From Acidobacteriota bacterium (GTDB lineage: Bacteria; Acidobacteriota; UBA4820; DSQY01), in assembly GCA_049967655.1 (NCBI GenBank), contig JBMFSH010000009.1, positions 37,374 through 101,373 of the forward strand: a stretch of 64,000 nt of DNA. The letters run 5' to 3'. This document shows, in pieces, positions 9,045 to 18,959 of this stretch. Each line of letters begins with the position of its first letter. Position 1 is the stretch's first letter. A program made the translations under genes and the position numbers. The notes beneath the pieces are model-generated. The model saw only the letters and a program-made list of their open reading frames with translations, was not told where the DNA came from and did no database searches.

Positions 9045-9560
9045 TCAGGGGCCAGGGGTTCCCTCCAGAATGGAGGCCACGAGGGAGCGCGCGAAGTCCC
9101 TGGCCACCACGTCGTAGGCAACCACCTCCTGGTTGTAGTAGGAGGCTGGATTGGGAGAGGTCTCGTAGATCTCGCTAAAACGGTAACCCGAGGACTCGAA
9201 GAGGATTTTGCCCTCGGCGGTGACCAGGCGGACCCGGGCCGTCATGGTCACCTGGTAGCGGTTCGCCCGCCCGGCGGCGTCGTAAGAAAGTGGCGTCACG
9301 CCGTAACCGGTGATGGCGCCGGTCAGGATGGCGTCGGCACCGGTTTTGGTGGACTGGACACGGACCCTGGCGCGCTGGACCAGCTCCCGGGTGACGGCCT
9401 CGGTGACCCGTTGCTCCAACTGGACCACGGGCACCTGCCGCTCAAAGGGGAGCACCGCCACCGTCTTCACCGTGGGCGGGAGGGCTCCCGAGGCCCCCAG
9501 AAGTTGATAGCCGCAGCCGCCGAGCAGTCCCAGGAAGACGAGACCGAGTGTGAACCTCAT
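9045..9560 (-). CDS. lptE: LPS assembly lipoprotein LptE
   Basis: Lipobox LLGGC followed by GYQL, LptE-like pattern, canonical position downstream of leuS. Alternative start 9593. Confidence 0.82.
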   Translation of the reverse strand: MRFTLGLVFLGLLGGCGYQLLGASGALPPTVKTVAVLPFERQVPVVQLEQRVTEAVTRELVQRARVRVQSTKTGADAILTGAITGYGVTPLSYDAAGRANRYQVTMTARVRLVTAEGKILFESSGYRFSEIYETSPNPASYYNQEVVAYDVVARDFARSLVASILEGTPGP

Positions 9561-9594
9561 CGGACGCCACACCACAACATTCGGTAGAGCCATC

Positions 9595-12051
9595 TCATTT
9601 CACCACAAAATTCACGATCCGCTTGGGCACCACCAGCTCCTTGATCACCCTCTTTCCTTCCAGCTGAGCACAGACTTTGTCGAGGGCCCTTGCCACCCGG
9701 AGGACCTCTTCGTCCGACGCCTCCGCGGGCACCGTGACCTGACCCCGCACCTTGCCGTTGACCTGGACGGCCATGGTCACCTCCTCCTCGCGGGCGATGA
9801 CCGGATCGAAGCAGGGCCAGCCCCTGTCCACCAGAAACTCGCGGTGACCGAGGAGCTCCCACAGGGCGTCGGCGGCGTGCGGGCAGAAGGGCGAGAGCAT
9901 GCGGACCAGGCTCTCCACCGCCTCCTTCACGACGAACCTCTCGGCCGGGGTCCCCCGGTAGGCGGGTAGATAGCCCTGCAGGGCGTTGGTCAGCTCCATG
10001 AGGCTGGCGATGGCGGTGTTGATTTTCAACCGGTCCGAGAGCTCCGCCGTGACCTTCGCGATGGTCCGGTGGGTCTTCCGGCGCAGCGCATCCACCTCGG
10101 GGCCGGCGGGCTCCTCCACGGGACCGGAGAGATCGCCGGCGAGCTCCTCCACGGTGGCGTAGATTCGGTTCAGGAAGCGGTAGGCGCCCTCGGCGCCGGC
10201 CTCCTTCCAGTCCAGCCGGTCCCATGGCGGCGAGAGGAAGAGGATGTTGAGGCGCACCGAGTCGGCGCCGTACTTTTCGATCATCTCGTCCGGCTCCACC
10301 AGGTTCCCCAGGCTCTTGCTCATCTTGGCGCCGTCCTTGATGACCATGCCCTGGCACATGAGGCGCTTCACGGGTTCGCCATAATTCAGCAGGCCAAGAT
10401 CCCTCAGCACCATGGTAAAAAAACGGCAGTAGATGAGGTGCATGGTGGCGTGCTCGATGCCCCCGATGTAGAAGTCGATGGGGTTCCAGTATCGGACGGC
10501 GGAGCCGTCGAAGGGCGCCTCCGCCTCTTTCGGGCTGCAATAGCGCAGGAAGTACCAGGAGGAGTCCACGAAGGTGTCCATCGTGTCCGTCTCCCGCCGC
10601 GCTCTCCCCCCGCACTTCGGGCACGCGGCGCCCAGGAAACCCTCGTGCCCCGCCAGGGGGCTCTCGCCCTTGCCCGTGAAGGTGACGTCCATGGGCAGGA
10701 GGACGGGCAGTTCGGACTCGGGCACCGGCACCGTGCCGCACGTCTCGCAGTGGATCATGGGGATAGGCGTCCCCCAATACCGCTGGCGGGAGATGCCCCA
10801 GTCCTTGAGCCGGTAGGTCACCGTCAGTTCGCCAAACCCTTCCCTCCGGGCCCGTTCGGCCATGGCCTTGAGGGCTTCTCGATTGGGCATACCGTCGTAG
10901 GGGCCACTGTTCTCCATGACGCCGTCCGAGGCCACAGCCTCGGTCAGCTCCTCGCTCTTCAGGGATCCGCTCTGCACCACGACGCGGATCGGCAGCCCGT
11001 ACGCCTTCGCGAATTCGAAGTCCCGCTGGTCGTGCGCCGGTACGCTCATGATGGCTCCCGTGCCGTACTCCATGAGGACGAAATTGGCCAGGTAGATGGG
11101 AATGGCCTCACCGGAGAAGGGATTCAGCGCGTAGGAGCCCGTGAAGACGCCCACCTTGTCCCGGGAGGTCGTTCGGTCGTGGGTGCTCTGGGAGCGGACC
11201 CGCGCTCGGAAAGACGCCACCTCCTGTCGACGCTCGGCGGTGGTCAACGCCTCCACCTCCGGATGTTCGGGGGCAAGAACCAGGTAGGTGGCGCCGTAGA
11301 TGGTGTCCAGGCGCGTGGTGAAAATCCGGATCTTGCGCTCCTGGCCGGCCACGGGGAAATCCACGAGGGCCCCCTCCGACCGGCCGATCCAATTGCGCTG
11401 CATGGTCACCACTTCGGGAGGCCAGTCGGTGAGCTGGTCCAGGCCGTCGAGCAGCTCCTGGGCGTAGTCCGTGATGCGCAGGAACCACTGGTCCATCTCC
11501 CTCATGACCACGGGGTTGTGGCAGCGCCAGCAGGTGCCGCCTTCTACCTGTTCGTTGGCTAGAACGGTGGCGCAGTCGGGGCACCAGTTCACGGCTCGCT
11601 TCGCCTTGTAACAGAGGCCCCTTTCGAACATCTTGAGGAAGAACCACTGGTTCCACCGGTAGTACTCGGGCTCGCAGGTCCGGACCTCCCGCTCCCAGTC
11701 GTAGAGGAACCCCAACCGCTGGAGCTGCCCCTTCATGGTCGCGATGTTGGCGTCGGTCCAGGCCTTCGGGTGCGTCTGGCCCTTGATGGCGGCGTTCTCC
11801 GCCGGCATGCCGAAGGCATCGAACCCCATGGGATGCAGGACGTTCTCGCCCCTCATCCTCCGAAACCGCGCCACCACGTCGCCGATGGTGTAGTTCCGGA
11901 CGTGGCCCATGTGGATCTTGCCGGAGGGATACATGAACATCTCCAGGCAGTAGAACTTGGCGCCTCCCTCCCTCTCCTCCATTCGGGCCACGCCCGCCTC
12001 CTGCCAGAGCTTTTGAAAGCGGGTCTCGATGGCGTGCGGATCGTAGGCCAT
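9595..12051 (-). CDS. leuS: Leucine--tRNA ligase
   Basis: MFMYPSGKIHMGH (HIGH motif), KMSKS, editing domain GTGAIMSVPAHDQRD, SRQRYWGTPIP. Confidence 0.99.
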   Translation of the reverse strand: MAYDPHAIETRFQKLWQEAGVARMEEREGGAKFYCLEMFMYPSGKIHMGHVRNYTIGDVVARFRRMRGENVLHPMGFDAFGMPAENAAIKGQTHPKAWTDANIATMKGQLQRLGFLYDWEREVRTCEPEYYRWNQWFFLKMFERGLCYKAKRAVNWCPDCATVLANEQVEGGTCWRCHNPVVMREMDQWFLRITDYAQELLDGLDQLTDWPPEVVTMQRNWIGRSEGALVDFPVAGQERKIRIFTTRLDTIYGATYLVLAPEHPEVEALTTAERRQEVASFRARVRSQSTHDRTTSRDKVGVFTGSYALNPFSGEAIPIYLANFVLMEYGTGAIMSVPAHDQRDFEFAKAYGLPIRVVVQSGSLKSEELTEAVASDGVMENSGPYDGMPNREALKAMAERARREGFGELTVTYRLKDWGISRQRYWGTPIPMIHCETCGTVPVPESELPVLLPMDVTFTGKGESPLAGHEGFLGAACPKCGGRARRETDTMDTFVDSSWYFLRYCSPKEAEAPFDGSAVRYWNPIDFYIGGIEHATMHLIYCRFFTMVLRDLGLLNYGEPVKRLMCQGMVIKDGAKMSKSLGNLVEPDEMIEKYGADSVRLNILFLSPPWDRLDWKEAGAEGAYRFLNRIYATVEELAGDLSGPVEEPAGPEVDALRRKTHRTIAKVTAELSDRLKINTAIASLMELTNALQGYLPAYRGTPAERFVVKEAVESLVRMLSPFCPHAADALWELLGHREFLVDRGWPCFDPVIAREEEVTMAVQVNGKVRGQVTVPAEASDEEVLRVARALDKVCAQLEGKRVIKELVVPKRIVNFVVK

Positions 12052-12404
12052 GATGAAAGCCTCCTAAAGCCTTCTATGATAGGCCTTTTCCGCGCTTGGT
12101 CGCAAGGGGAGGATCGCGGAGCTAACAAAAGGGCGAATGAGGATTGGGGATTTGAAAAAGGCAAACCACAGAGGCGCGGAGACAGAGAGGAAGCGACGAA
12201 TCGGAAAGAGCAACAAAGGGGGGGGCGGCCGACAGAAATCGGCCTCTACCGCCTTCCCTCGCCCCCTGGATTTCGAGACGAGGAGAAGTCCAAAGAACCT
12301 CTCACCCCGTGCGCTTGCTTCCTCCTGTCCCCTGTCCCCCGATCGTAGGGCGAGAAGGGCACCGCACACGGGGCGGTTATCACCTCTCACTCCGCCGCAG
12401 GCGG

Positions 12405-14375
12405 CTATCGGGTGTAGCTGAAGCAGGCCGACTGGAGACCGCCCGGGTTGGTGACCGTCACGCAGACCGCCACTCCCTTCGGCACCATGGCCTTCAAGGC
12501 CGCTCCCTTTTTCGCAATCAGAACGGTGCCCGACTTGTAGGTCGCCGGCACTGCGACACCATCGATGAGCACCTGGCAACCCGTGATGAAGCCCTGGCCG
12601 ACGATTTTGAGCCGGAACGGGTTGAGCATTTTCTGGACATTGGTCACGATCGGGGCTCCCGGTGCCAGGCCCACGTGGATGATCAGGTGAGAATCGGTGG
12701 CCGTGTGGCCGGCCGAGTCCGAGGCGCTCAGGGACACCCCGTAGTCACCGTCCGAAGTGTAGGTGTGGCTCGGATTCTGGACCGCCGAGGTGGTCCCGTC
12801 GCCAAAACTCCAGGCGTACTGGTAGGGGGCGGAGCCGCCCGTGGCTGTCCCCGTAAAAGCCACTGTCAGAGGAGAGGCGCCTACCGTGGGAACGGCCGAG
12901 GCCACCACCGTGAAGTTGGAGTTGGCGGTGATCTGCAGATGGCCGTCCGTGGCCGTGGCCCCGGCCGAGTCCTGCACCGTCAGAGTCACCGTGTAGGTTC
13001 CCTCCGCCGAGTAGGTGTGCTGAGCGTTCTGCGTCGTCGCGGGGGCGGAACCGTCTCCGAAGTCCCACGACCAGGTGTAGGGCGCCGTACCCCCCGAGGC
13101 CGCGCCAGTGAAGTTAACCGTCAGGGGGATGGGCCCCGAGCTCTTGTCCGCCTGGGCAAAGGCGGCCAGCGCCCCGGGGGCGCTCACCTGTACCACCAGA
13201 TGGGAATCCGTGGCGGTGGCCGAGGCCGAATCGGTGAGCGTCAGGCTCACGTGGAAGGTGCCGGCTTGGGTGTAGGTGTGGCTCACCGTTTGGCCCGATC
13301 CGGTGGCTTGGTCTCCGAAATTCCAGGCGTAGGTATAGGGCGGAGTTCCTCCCGAGCCGGTGGCGGTGAAAGAGACCGCCAGCGGGGCGTCGCCCGTCAA
13401 AGGGGCGCCGGCCGCGGCAACCGACAGCGCGGACGAAACCGTGATGGTCAGACTCTTGTCCTGGCTCTGCGCGCCGGCCGAGTCGGTGACCGTCAGCACT
13501 GGCTGGAAGGTGCCCGCGCTCTGGTAGGTGTGGCTGGGGTTCTGGACCGTCTTGTGGGCCGTCCCGTCACCGAACTTCCAGTCCCAGGTGTAGGGCGGAC
13601 TTCCGCCCGAAGCCTTGCCGGTGAAGGCCACGGCTAAGGGCGCGACCCCGCTGGTGGGATCGGCCTGGGCCGAGGCCGCCAAGGGCACGGGGGGGGTCAC
13701 CTCGTAGTCGAAATCGATCCCCCCCGTGAAGAGGGTGTACACGCCCAGGAGGTTGCTTCCGGGGCCGTTCAGCCCGAACACCGTCTTGGTGGGACTGCAA
13801 CAGGTCGTTCCCGAGCAGGCCGGGACCGACGGCGCGGCAACGGTGCTGCTGCCCGTGGCCAGGTCATAGGGCAGGCTGCCGCTGGCGGTGGCCACCACCG
13901 ACGCAAAGGAGCCGATCTGAACCGAGGTGGCCGAGGCCGACTCCATCTGCAGGCTGTACTTCTGGTCCGTCAGGACGACCACCGGTCCGAACTGGCCGGT
14001 GCCACAGATGGGGCCGCCGGTGGTTCCCACGATGGCGCCACCGTAATAGATCTGAATCCCAGTGGCCTGCGAGTAGAGGTCGAAGGGGCTCCGGGCGGCC
14101 GGCAGGAGGAGCAGGTCGCCCGCGCTGAAGTAGAGCCCCACGCTCGTGTCTCCGTACCCGTCGTGCAGGATGACATTGCCCTGCCCGGAATTGACGAGCA
14201 GGAACAGATACTGCGGGGTCGGGCTGGTGGTGCCCGTCGTGAAGCGGACGTGGTCCCCGCTCACGAGTGTGTAGCTCCCGTCACACCGGCCACCGTTGAA
14301 GACCGCCTGCCCGAAAGCGGCAAGCGACAAGGCGGTCAGGAGGAGGGCGGCCGCAACCATCAGCCAGCGCTTCAT
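12405..14375 (-). CDS. Secreted protein with four PKD domains and a C-terminal IPT/TIG-like domain
   Basis: Signal peptide, four repeats of PL.V.FT..ASGG.PPY.W.W.FGDG...HTY...GT, GGAGG RBS. Confidence 0.9.
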   Translation of the reverse strand: MKRWLMVAAALLLTALSLAAFGQAVFNGGRCDGSYTLVSGDHVRFTTGTTSPTPQYLFLLVNSGQGNVILHDGYGDTSVGLYFSAGDLLLLPAARSPFDLYSQATGIQIYYGGAIVGTTGGPICGTGQFGPVVVLTDQKYSLQMESASATSVQIGSFASVVATASGSLPYDLATGSSTVAAPSVPACSGTTCCSPTKTVFGLNGPGSNLLGVYTLFTGGIDFDYEVTPPVPLAASAQADPTSGVAPLAVAFTGKASGGSPPYTWDWKFGDGTAHKTVQNPSHTYQSAGTFQPVLTVTDSAGAQSQDKSLTITVSSALSVAAAGAPLTGDAPLAVSFTATGSGGTPPYTYAWNFGDQATGSGQTVSHTYTQAGTFHVSLTLTDSASATATDSHLVVQVSAPGALAAFAQADKSSGPIPLTVNFTGAASGGTAPYTWSWDFGDGSAPATTQNAQHTYSAEGTYTVTLTVQDSAGATATDGHLQITANSNFTVVASAVPTVGASPLTVAFTGTATGGSAPYQYAWSFGDGTTSAVQNPSHTYTSDGDYGVSLSASDSAGHTATDSHLIIHVGLAPGAPIVTNVQKMLNPFRLKIVGQGFITGCQVLIDGVAVPATYKSGTVLIAKKGAALKAMVPKGVAVCVTVTNPGGLQSACFSYTR

Positions 14376-14480
14376 CGGATCACCTCCATGCTCCCCACAG
14401 TATAGGCCAATTCCCGGCGATGGTGGAGCGGTCTTGCGACCGCGGTTCCGGAACGCTACACTTCACGCACGGAGGAAGTC

Positions 14481-15083
14481 ATGTCCAAGGCCAGGCTCGG
14501 TGATCTTCTGCTGGAGGCCAATCTCATCGACGAGGTGCAGCTCCGCATCGCCCTGGAGGAACAGAAGCGGAGGGGAACGAAGTTCGGCTCCACCCTCATC
14601 GCCCTCAATTTCATCGACGAAACGGTGCTCAGCGCCTTTCTCTCCAGGCAGCTCGACATGCCGTGCGTATCGCTGAGCAACATGGAGATCTCCCCCAGGG
14701 TTCTCTCCAAGGTCGGGCGGGATCTGGCGTGGGAGCAACAGGCCGTCCCCATCCGGCTGGAGCGGGAGAAACTCTACGTGGCCATGGCGGACCCGCTGGA
14801 CGTGGAGGCCATCGAAGCCATCGAGCGTGCCTCGGGCTTCAGCGTGGTGCCGATGATCGCCCCCCAGTCCAGCATCCGAAGCTGCCTGGCGCGGCACTAC
14901 CCCGACCCCGAGCAGACCCTTTCCGAGGTCCAGAGCGCGGTGGTGGGGGTCTTTCCCGAGCTGGTGCGCGAACTCAACGAGATGGACGTGTTCGAACCCC
15001 ACTTCCAGAAGATCCTCGAACGCCTCGACCATCTGGAGGAGCGCCTCGACCGGATCGAGGCCCTCCTGCTGAAGGGCCGCTGA
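14481..15083 (+). CDS. Stand-alone MshEN / GspE-N-terminal domain protein
   Basis: RLGDLLLEANLIDEVQLRIALEEQ..KFGSTLIALNFI, VAMADPLD, C-terminal coiled coil, no ATPase domain. Confidence 0.87.
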   Translation: MSKARLGDLLLEANLIDEVQLRIALEEQKRRGTKFGSTLIALNFIDETVLSAFLSRQLDMPCVSLSNMEISPRVLSKVGRDLAWEQQAVPIRLEREKLYVAMADPLDVEAIEAIERASGFSVVPMIAPQSSIRSCLARHYPDPEQTLSEVQSAVVGVFPELVRELNEMDVFEPHFQKILERLDHLEERLDRIEALLLKGR

Positions 15084-15119
15084 AAACAAACGCCGTAGGT
15101 GTTCCTCTCCGCTACCATC

Positions 15120-15878
15120 CTATTTCTTGCAGTGCTTTTGCTCTCCCGCGGGCTTCTGCATGAACTGCCCGTTTTCCAGCACGATGTCATCCTCGTAGCA
15201 GTGGGTGAGCACCGGCACATCGGGGACTCGCGTCAGCGAATCGATCCCGTCGGAGCCCGTGCAGATGAGCACGAAGGACTGGTTGTCCTGGCTCACGCCG
15301 TACTGGTACTGGTGTCCCCACGGATCCTTGGGCAAAGCCTTGATGTACTGCGGGACCAGGTCTTTTTCCAGGCTCGAAAGGTCCACGATGCTGTAGTAGC
15401 TGTCGGCGTTGTGGCCCGGAGCCGGGTAGCCACCGCTGGCGTTCTTGTAGCTCTCCAGGGCGCCCGCCACCGCCTGCATGGTCGCCATGGCCTGGGCCTG
15501 GCGCGCCCGATCAGCCGCCTGGCCGAGCTTCGGCTTGAGGTAGAGGTAGCCCGCCACGGCCGCCAGGATGCAGAAGAACAGCAGCGCCACGAGGCCGACG
15601 AGAGATCCGATCAGGCATCCCCGCTTCTTGCCGGCCTTAGCCGCCGGCTCCGGCGGGCCAGCGGCCGCGGGTGCACCGGGCGGCTCCGCCGCGGCGGGCG
15701 GTACGGGGAGCCAGGGCGTTTGAGGCTCGGGAGGCGGAGCCTGGACGGGCGGCGCTACCGTCTCCACTTCGCCGAGCGGCGTCTGTCCGCCCGCAGCCGA
15801 GGGCCTTGGCGCACCACACTGGTTGCAGAATCGGCTCGCCTCCTGGTTCTCGGCGCCGCACTCGCAGGTCCATTCCAT
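15120..15878 (-). CDS. Zinc-ribbon / Pro-rich / TM / GspG-type pseudopilin head domain protein
   Basis: WTCECG..N...RFCNQCG at N-terminus, TM segment, LPKDPWGHQYQY..LICTGSDG. GGAGGT RBS. Confidence 0.8.
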   Translation of the reverse strand: MEWTCECGAENQEASRFCNQCGAPRPSAAGGQTPLGEVETVAPPVQAPPPEPQTPWLPVPPAAAEPPGAPAAAGPPEPAAKAGKKRGCLIGSLVGLVALLFFCILAAVAGYLYLKPKLGQAADRARQAQAMATMQAVAGALESYKNASGGYPAPGHNADSYYSIVDLSSLEKDLVPQYIKALPKDPWGHQYQYGVSQDNQSFVLICTGSDGIDSLTRVPDVPVLTHCYEDDIVLENGQFMQKPAGEQKHCKK

Positions 15879-15961
15879 GCCAACCTCCCGCAAGGTCCTT
15901 GCCCTTGGTTCATGGTCCAACCTTCATGCTCGGCCAGTCTAACCCCCGTCCACGCAAAAGG

Positions 15962-15995
15962 AAAGGCCGCGGGGGCTCGGGCTCCCGCGGCCTTT
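15962..15995 (-). terminator. Intrinsic terminator downstream of the TPR gene
   Basis: AAAGGCCGCGGG...CCCGCGGCCTTT stem with a T-rich run on the minus strand, just after the stop at 16018. Confidence 0.7.
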
Positions 15996-16017
15996 GGATC
16001 TGATTCGGAGGGGCGTG

Positions 16018-16995
16018 CTACTTCTTGCCCTTGATCTCTTTCAAGATCTTTGCCACTTCTTTTTTCTTGGCGTCGTCTTGCGAGACCTTCATGTAGGTTT
16101 CAAGGATCGGCACGGCCTTCGCGTAGTCCTTGAGATCCATGTAGCACTGGGCCTTTCCGAGAAGAGCGCGCTCTTCGTTGGGCCGCAGGGCAAGGATCTG
16201 GTCGTAGGTAGCCACGGCCTCGTCGTATTTCTTCAGCTTCATCTGGCTGACGGCGATGTTGTGCAGGACCGCCGGCTTGTAGAGATCGCTCTTGGTCACC
16301 TTCACGTAATCCTGCAGCATGGGGATCGCCTTGTCGTACTTCTCCTGCTTCAGATACAACTGGGCCAGGGCGAGCTTGGGGGTGTCCTCGTCCGGCTTGG
16401 CGGCCACGGCCTTGAGGAGATAGGGCTCGGCCTTGTCGAGCTCGCCCTTCTGCATGAGCATGACGCCCACGTCGTAGGCCACGTCCTTGAAGCCGGGGTT
16501 GGTGGCCACGAGCTGGTCATACTGCTGCATGGCCTCCGGCATCTTGCCCATCTTCTCGTACAGGTGGCCCAGATTATAGCGGACCTCGTCCTGAGTGGGA
16601 TCGATGGTCAGAATCTTCTGGTAGGTTTCGGCCACCTTGTCCTCCTGGTTCATCTCGTGGTAGCAGGTGGCCTCATACTCGAGGGCCTTGATGCCGAAAG
16701 GATTCAGCTCGGCCGCCTTCTCGAACGCGGCGAGGGCGTCCGGGTAGTGCTTGAGGTCGAAGTGCGCCACACCCAGATCGATGTAGAGCCCCTCGGTGAC
16801 CTGCTTGGCCGCGATGAACTTATTGGCCATATCGATGGCCTTCTGGTATTCGCCCTTCGCGATCAGGTCCTCGATCTTCACGCTCTCCTTGCTCTGCTTC
16901 TCTTTCTCTTTGCCGCCTTTGCCCGTCTGGGCCCAACAGAGTGACGCGGAGAGGGCGAGAGCAACCACCAGAAACACCGAAAGAAAACGACGCAT
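16018..16995 (-). CDS. Exported tetratricopeptide-repeat protein
   Basis: Signal peptide, multiple TPR motifs (YNLGHLY, ALLGKAQCY), AGGAGG RBS. Confidence 0.9.
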   Translation of the reverse strand: MRRFLSVFLVVALALSASLCWAQTGKGGKEKEKQSKESVKIEDLIAKGEYQKAIDMANKFIAAKQVTEGLYIDLGVAHFDLKHYPDALAAFEKAAELNPFGIKALEYEATCYHEMNQEDKVAETYQKILTIDPTQDEVRYNLGHLYEKMGKMPEAMQQYDQLVATNPGFKDVAYDVGVMLMQKGELDKAEPYLLKAVAAKPDEDTPKLALAQLYLKQEKYDKAIPMLQDYVKVTKSDLYKPAVLHNIAVSQMKLKKYDEAVATYDQILALRPNEERALLGKAQCYMDLKDYAKAVPILETYMKVSQDDAKKKEVAKILKEIKGKK

Positions 16996-17315
16996 ACAGA
17001 TTCCTCCTCTTTGCCCCCCTGGGCACAAGGGTCTAAGGTACACCCCCTTGCGACACGCTGTCAAATATAGGCCCAGTGGACCTTAGCCGCCGCCACGCAC
17101 GTCCCTGGCGAGGCCGCGGCCCGCCCGCGGCCCCGAAAGCAGGCCGATCAAGAGAGGGCCGGAATTCATGGCCGTCCAAAACCCATTCGACTCGCACTTG
17201 AGGGCTCTCCCTTCCGAAACGAAACGGAGGAAGGCGCGTCCCCTAGCCGGCACGGTGGCCTGTTTGGGACGGGCATGTGTTGCGATATACTGATCGCGTT
17301 TTGAAGGGGAAGACC

Positions 17316-18959
17316 ATGGCGACGGAGACTACCCGCAGAGAGGAACTCTGGCGCCGCTATATCGAGGAGAGCCGCGCCAGGCTCGACGACGCCGAGAACT
17401 GGATCGCGGAGCTGCGGACCCGGCACGAGGACCCGGCCCCGCTGGAGAAGCTCCACGTGGTCTTTCACGATTTTGCGGGATCGGGAGCCCTCTACGCCGC
17501 CCCTCGCGTCAGCTCCCTCGGGGGCGACGGCGAGTACATGTGCTACAGCATCTCCATGGCAGGACGATCCCCTTCCGAGGATGAGCTCGAGGAGCTTTCC
17601 GGCTTGGTGCGGCGGCTCCGTGTCGAGTTTCAGGACCTAGTCGCGCGGACCGCTGGGTTGTCCTCCCATGTGCCTCACAGCCGCGTAACCCCGCTGATGC
17701 TCGCGGTGGCTCCGCCCTTCGAAGGCGAGGAACCCTTCCAGGCCTACTTCGCCAAGAGGGGCGTGAAGCTGGAGCTCACCCACTCCCTGGAGGAGGCCAG
17801 GCAGAAACTGCGGACCGAGCTCCCCGACATGGCCCTCGTGGCGGGACGCCTCCCCGATGGCAGCGGTTACGAGTTCGTGGGCCACCTGCGCGTGGCGGAG
17901 GGAGGTCGGACCATACCGGTCCTTCTGCTGGGCGACCAGGCGGGATTCACGGACAAACTGGAGGCCATCCGCTCCGGCGTGGACGCCTTCGTTCCCAGCC
18001 CTCCCGAGGCTCCCGAGGTTTACCGGAAGGTCAAGAGCCTGCTCGGGCGCAGGCGAGTGGCCCAGTCTCGAGTCCTCGTGGTGGAGGACGACCCAGCCCA
18101 GGCGCGGCTTATCGAGCAGTGCCTGCACAGCGCCGGCTATTCGGTCCACGTCCTGGCGGATCCCAAACAGTTCGACCGGGTGCTGCGCACCGCGCACCCC
18201 CACCTGATCCTCATGGACGTGCTGCTCCCCGGCGTCAGCGGCTACGACCTGGTGCGGTACCTCCGGCAGGAGGAGGGCTTCACGCTCGTGCCCGTAATCT
18301 TCCTAACCACGGAGGGCCAACGAAAGGCGCAGATCCTCGGCTCCGAGGCGGGCGGCGACGACTACCTGGTGAAACCCGTCTCCCCGGAGGATCTCCTGGT
18401 CGCCATCCGCTCGCGGCTGATCCGCTATCGGAGCCTGCAGGAGATAATGGAGCGGGACGAGCTCACCGCGCTCCTCGCGCCAGGGCCGTTCCTCCAGCAG
18501 GCGAGGCTCTGCCTCAACCGGTACGCGAGGCGACAGGTACCCTACGCCTTGGTGCTGATGCAGGTGGACGGCATGGTCGGGCACGTGACGAACTTCGGCC
18601 CCTCGGCGCGGGACCACCTGCTGCAAACCCTCTCCCGCTTCCTCCAGCAAAGACTGAGGCAGACCGACATTCTGGGGCGCCATGGCGCCGACGTGGTGGG
18701 TGCCGTGCTCGAACACCTCTCGGACGATGACGCCGTGCGGCTCATGCGACGAATCCAGAAGGAGTTCGAGGCCAGGGAGACGCCGGTTGGCCTGGGGCAC
18801 ACGGTGCGGACCTCTTTCTGCGCGGGCATCGCCATGGTGGCCCCCAGCTACAAGACCCTGAAGGAGTGGCTGGGCGCGGCCACGGACGCCCTCACCCAGG
18901 CCAGGAGCTACGGCCCCGGCCGCACCTTCGTGGCTGGCCGCTCCATCCCCGAGGAGTAG
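17316..18959 (+). CDS. Hpt-REC-REC-degenerate GGDEF signalling protein
   Basis: FHDFAGSG (Hpt), first REC lacks the acceptor Asp, second REC intact (VEDD, LMDVLLP), GGDEF-fold tail with RQTD..GRHGADV. Confidence 0.88.
   Translation: MATETTRREELWRRYIEESRARLDDAENWIAELRTRHEDPAPLEKLHVVFHDFAGSGALYAAPRVSSLGGDGEYMCYSISMAGRSPSEDELEELSGLVRRLRVEFQDLVARTAGLSSHVPHSRVTPLMLAVAPPFEGEEPFQAYFAKRGVKLELTHSLEEARQKLRTELPDMALVAGRLPDGSGYEFVGHLRVAEGGRTIPVLLLGDQAGFTDKLEAIRSGVDAFVPSPPEAPEVYRKVKSLLGRRRVAQSRVLVVEDDPAQARLIEQCLHSAGYSVHVLADPKQFDRVLRTAHPHLILMDVLLPGVSGYDLVRYLRQEEGFTLVPVIFLTTEGQRKAQILGSEAGGDDYLVKPVSPEDLLVAIRSRLIRYRSLQEIMERDELTALLAPGPFLQQARLCLNRYARRQVPYALVLMQVDGMVGHVTNFGPSARDHLLQTLSRFLQQRLRQTDILGRHGADVVGAVLEHLSDDDAVRLMRRIQKEFEARETPVGLGHTVRTSFCAGIAMVAPSYKTLKEWLGAATDALTQARSYGPGRTFVAGRSIPEE

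Noticed and set aside
12670..13690. Nucleotide-level repeats inside the large secreted protein gene
   Set aside because: Explained by four PKD domain repeats. No reverse transcriptase or TR/VR pattern suggesting a diversity-generating retroelement.
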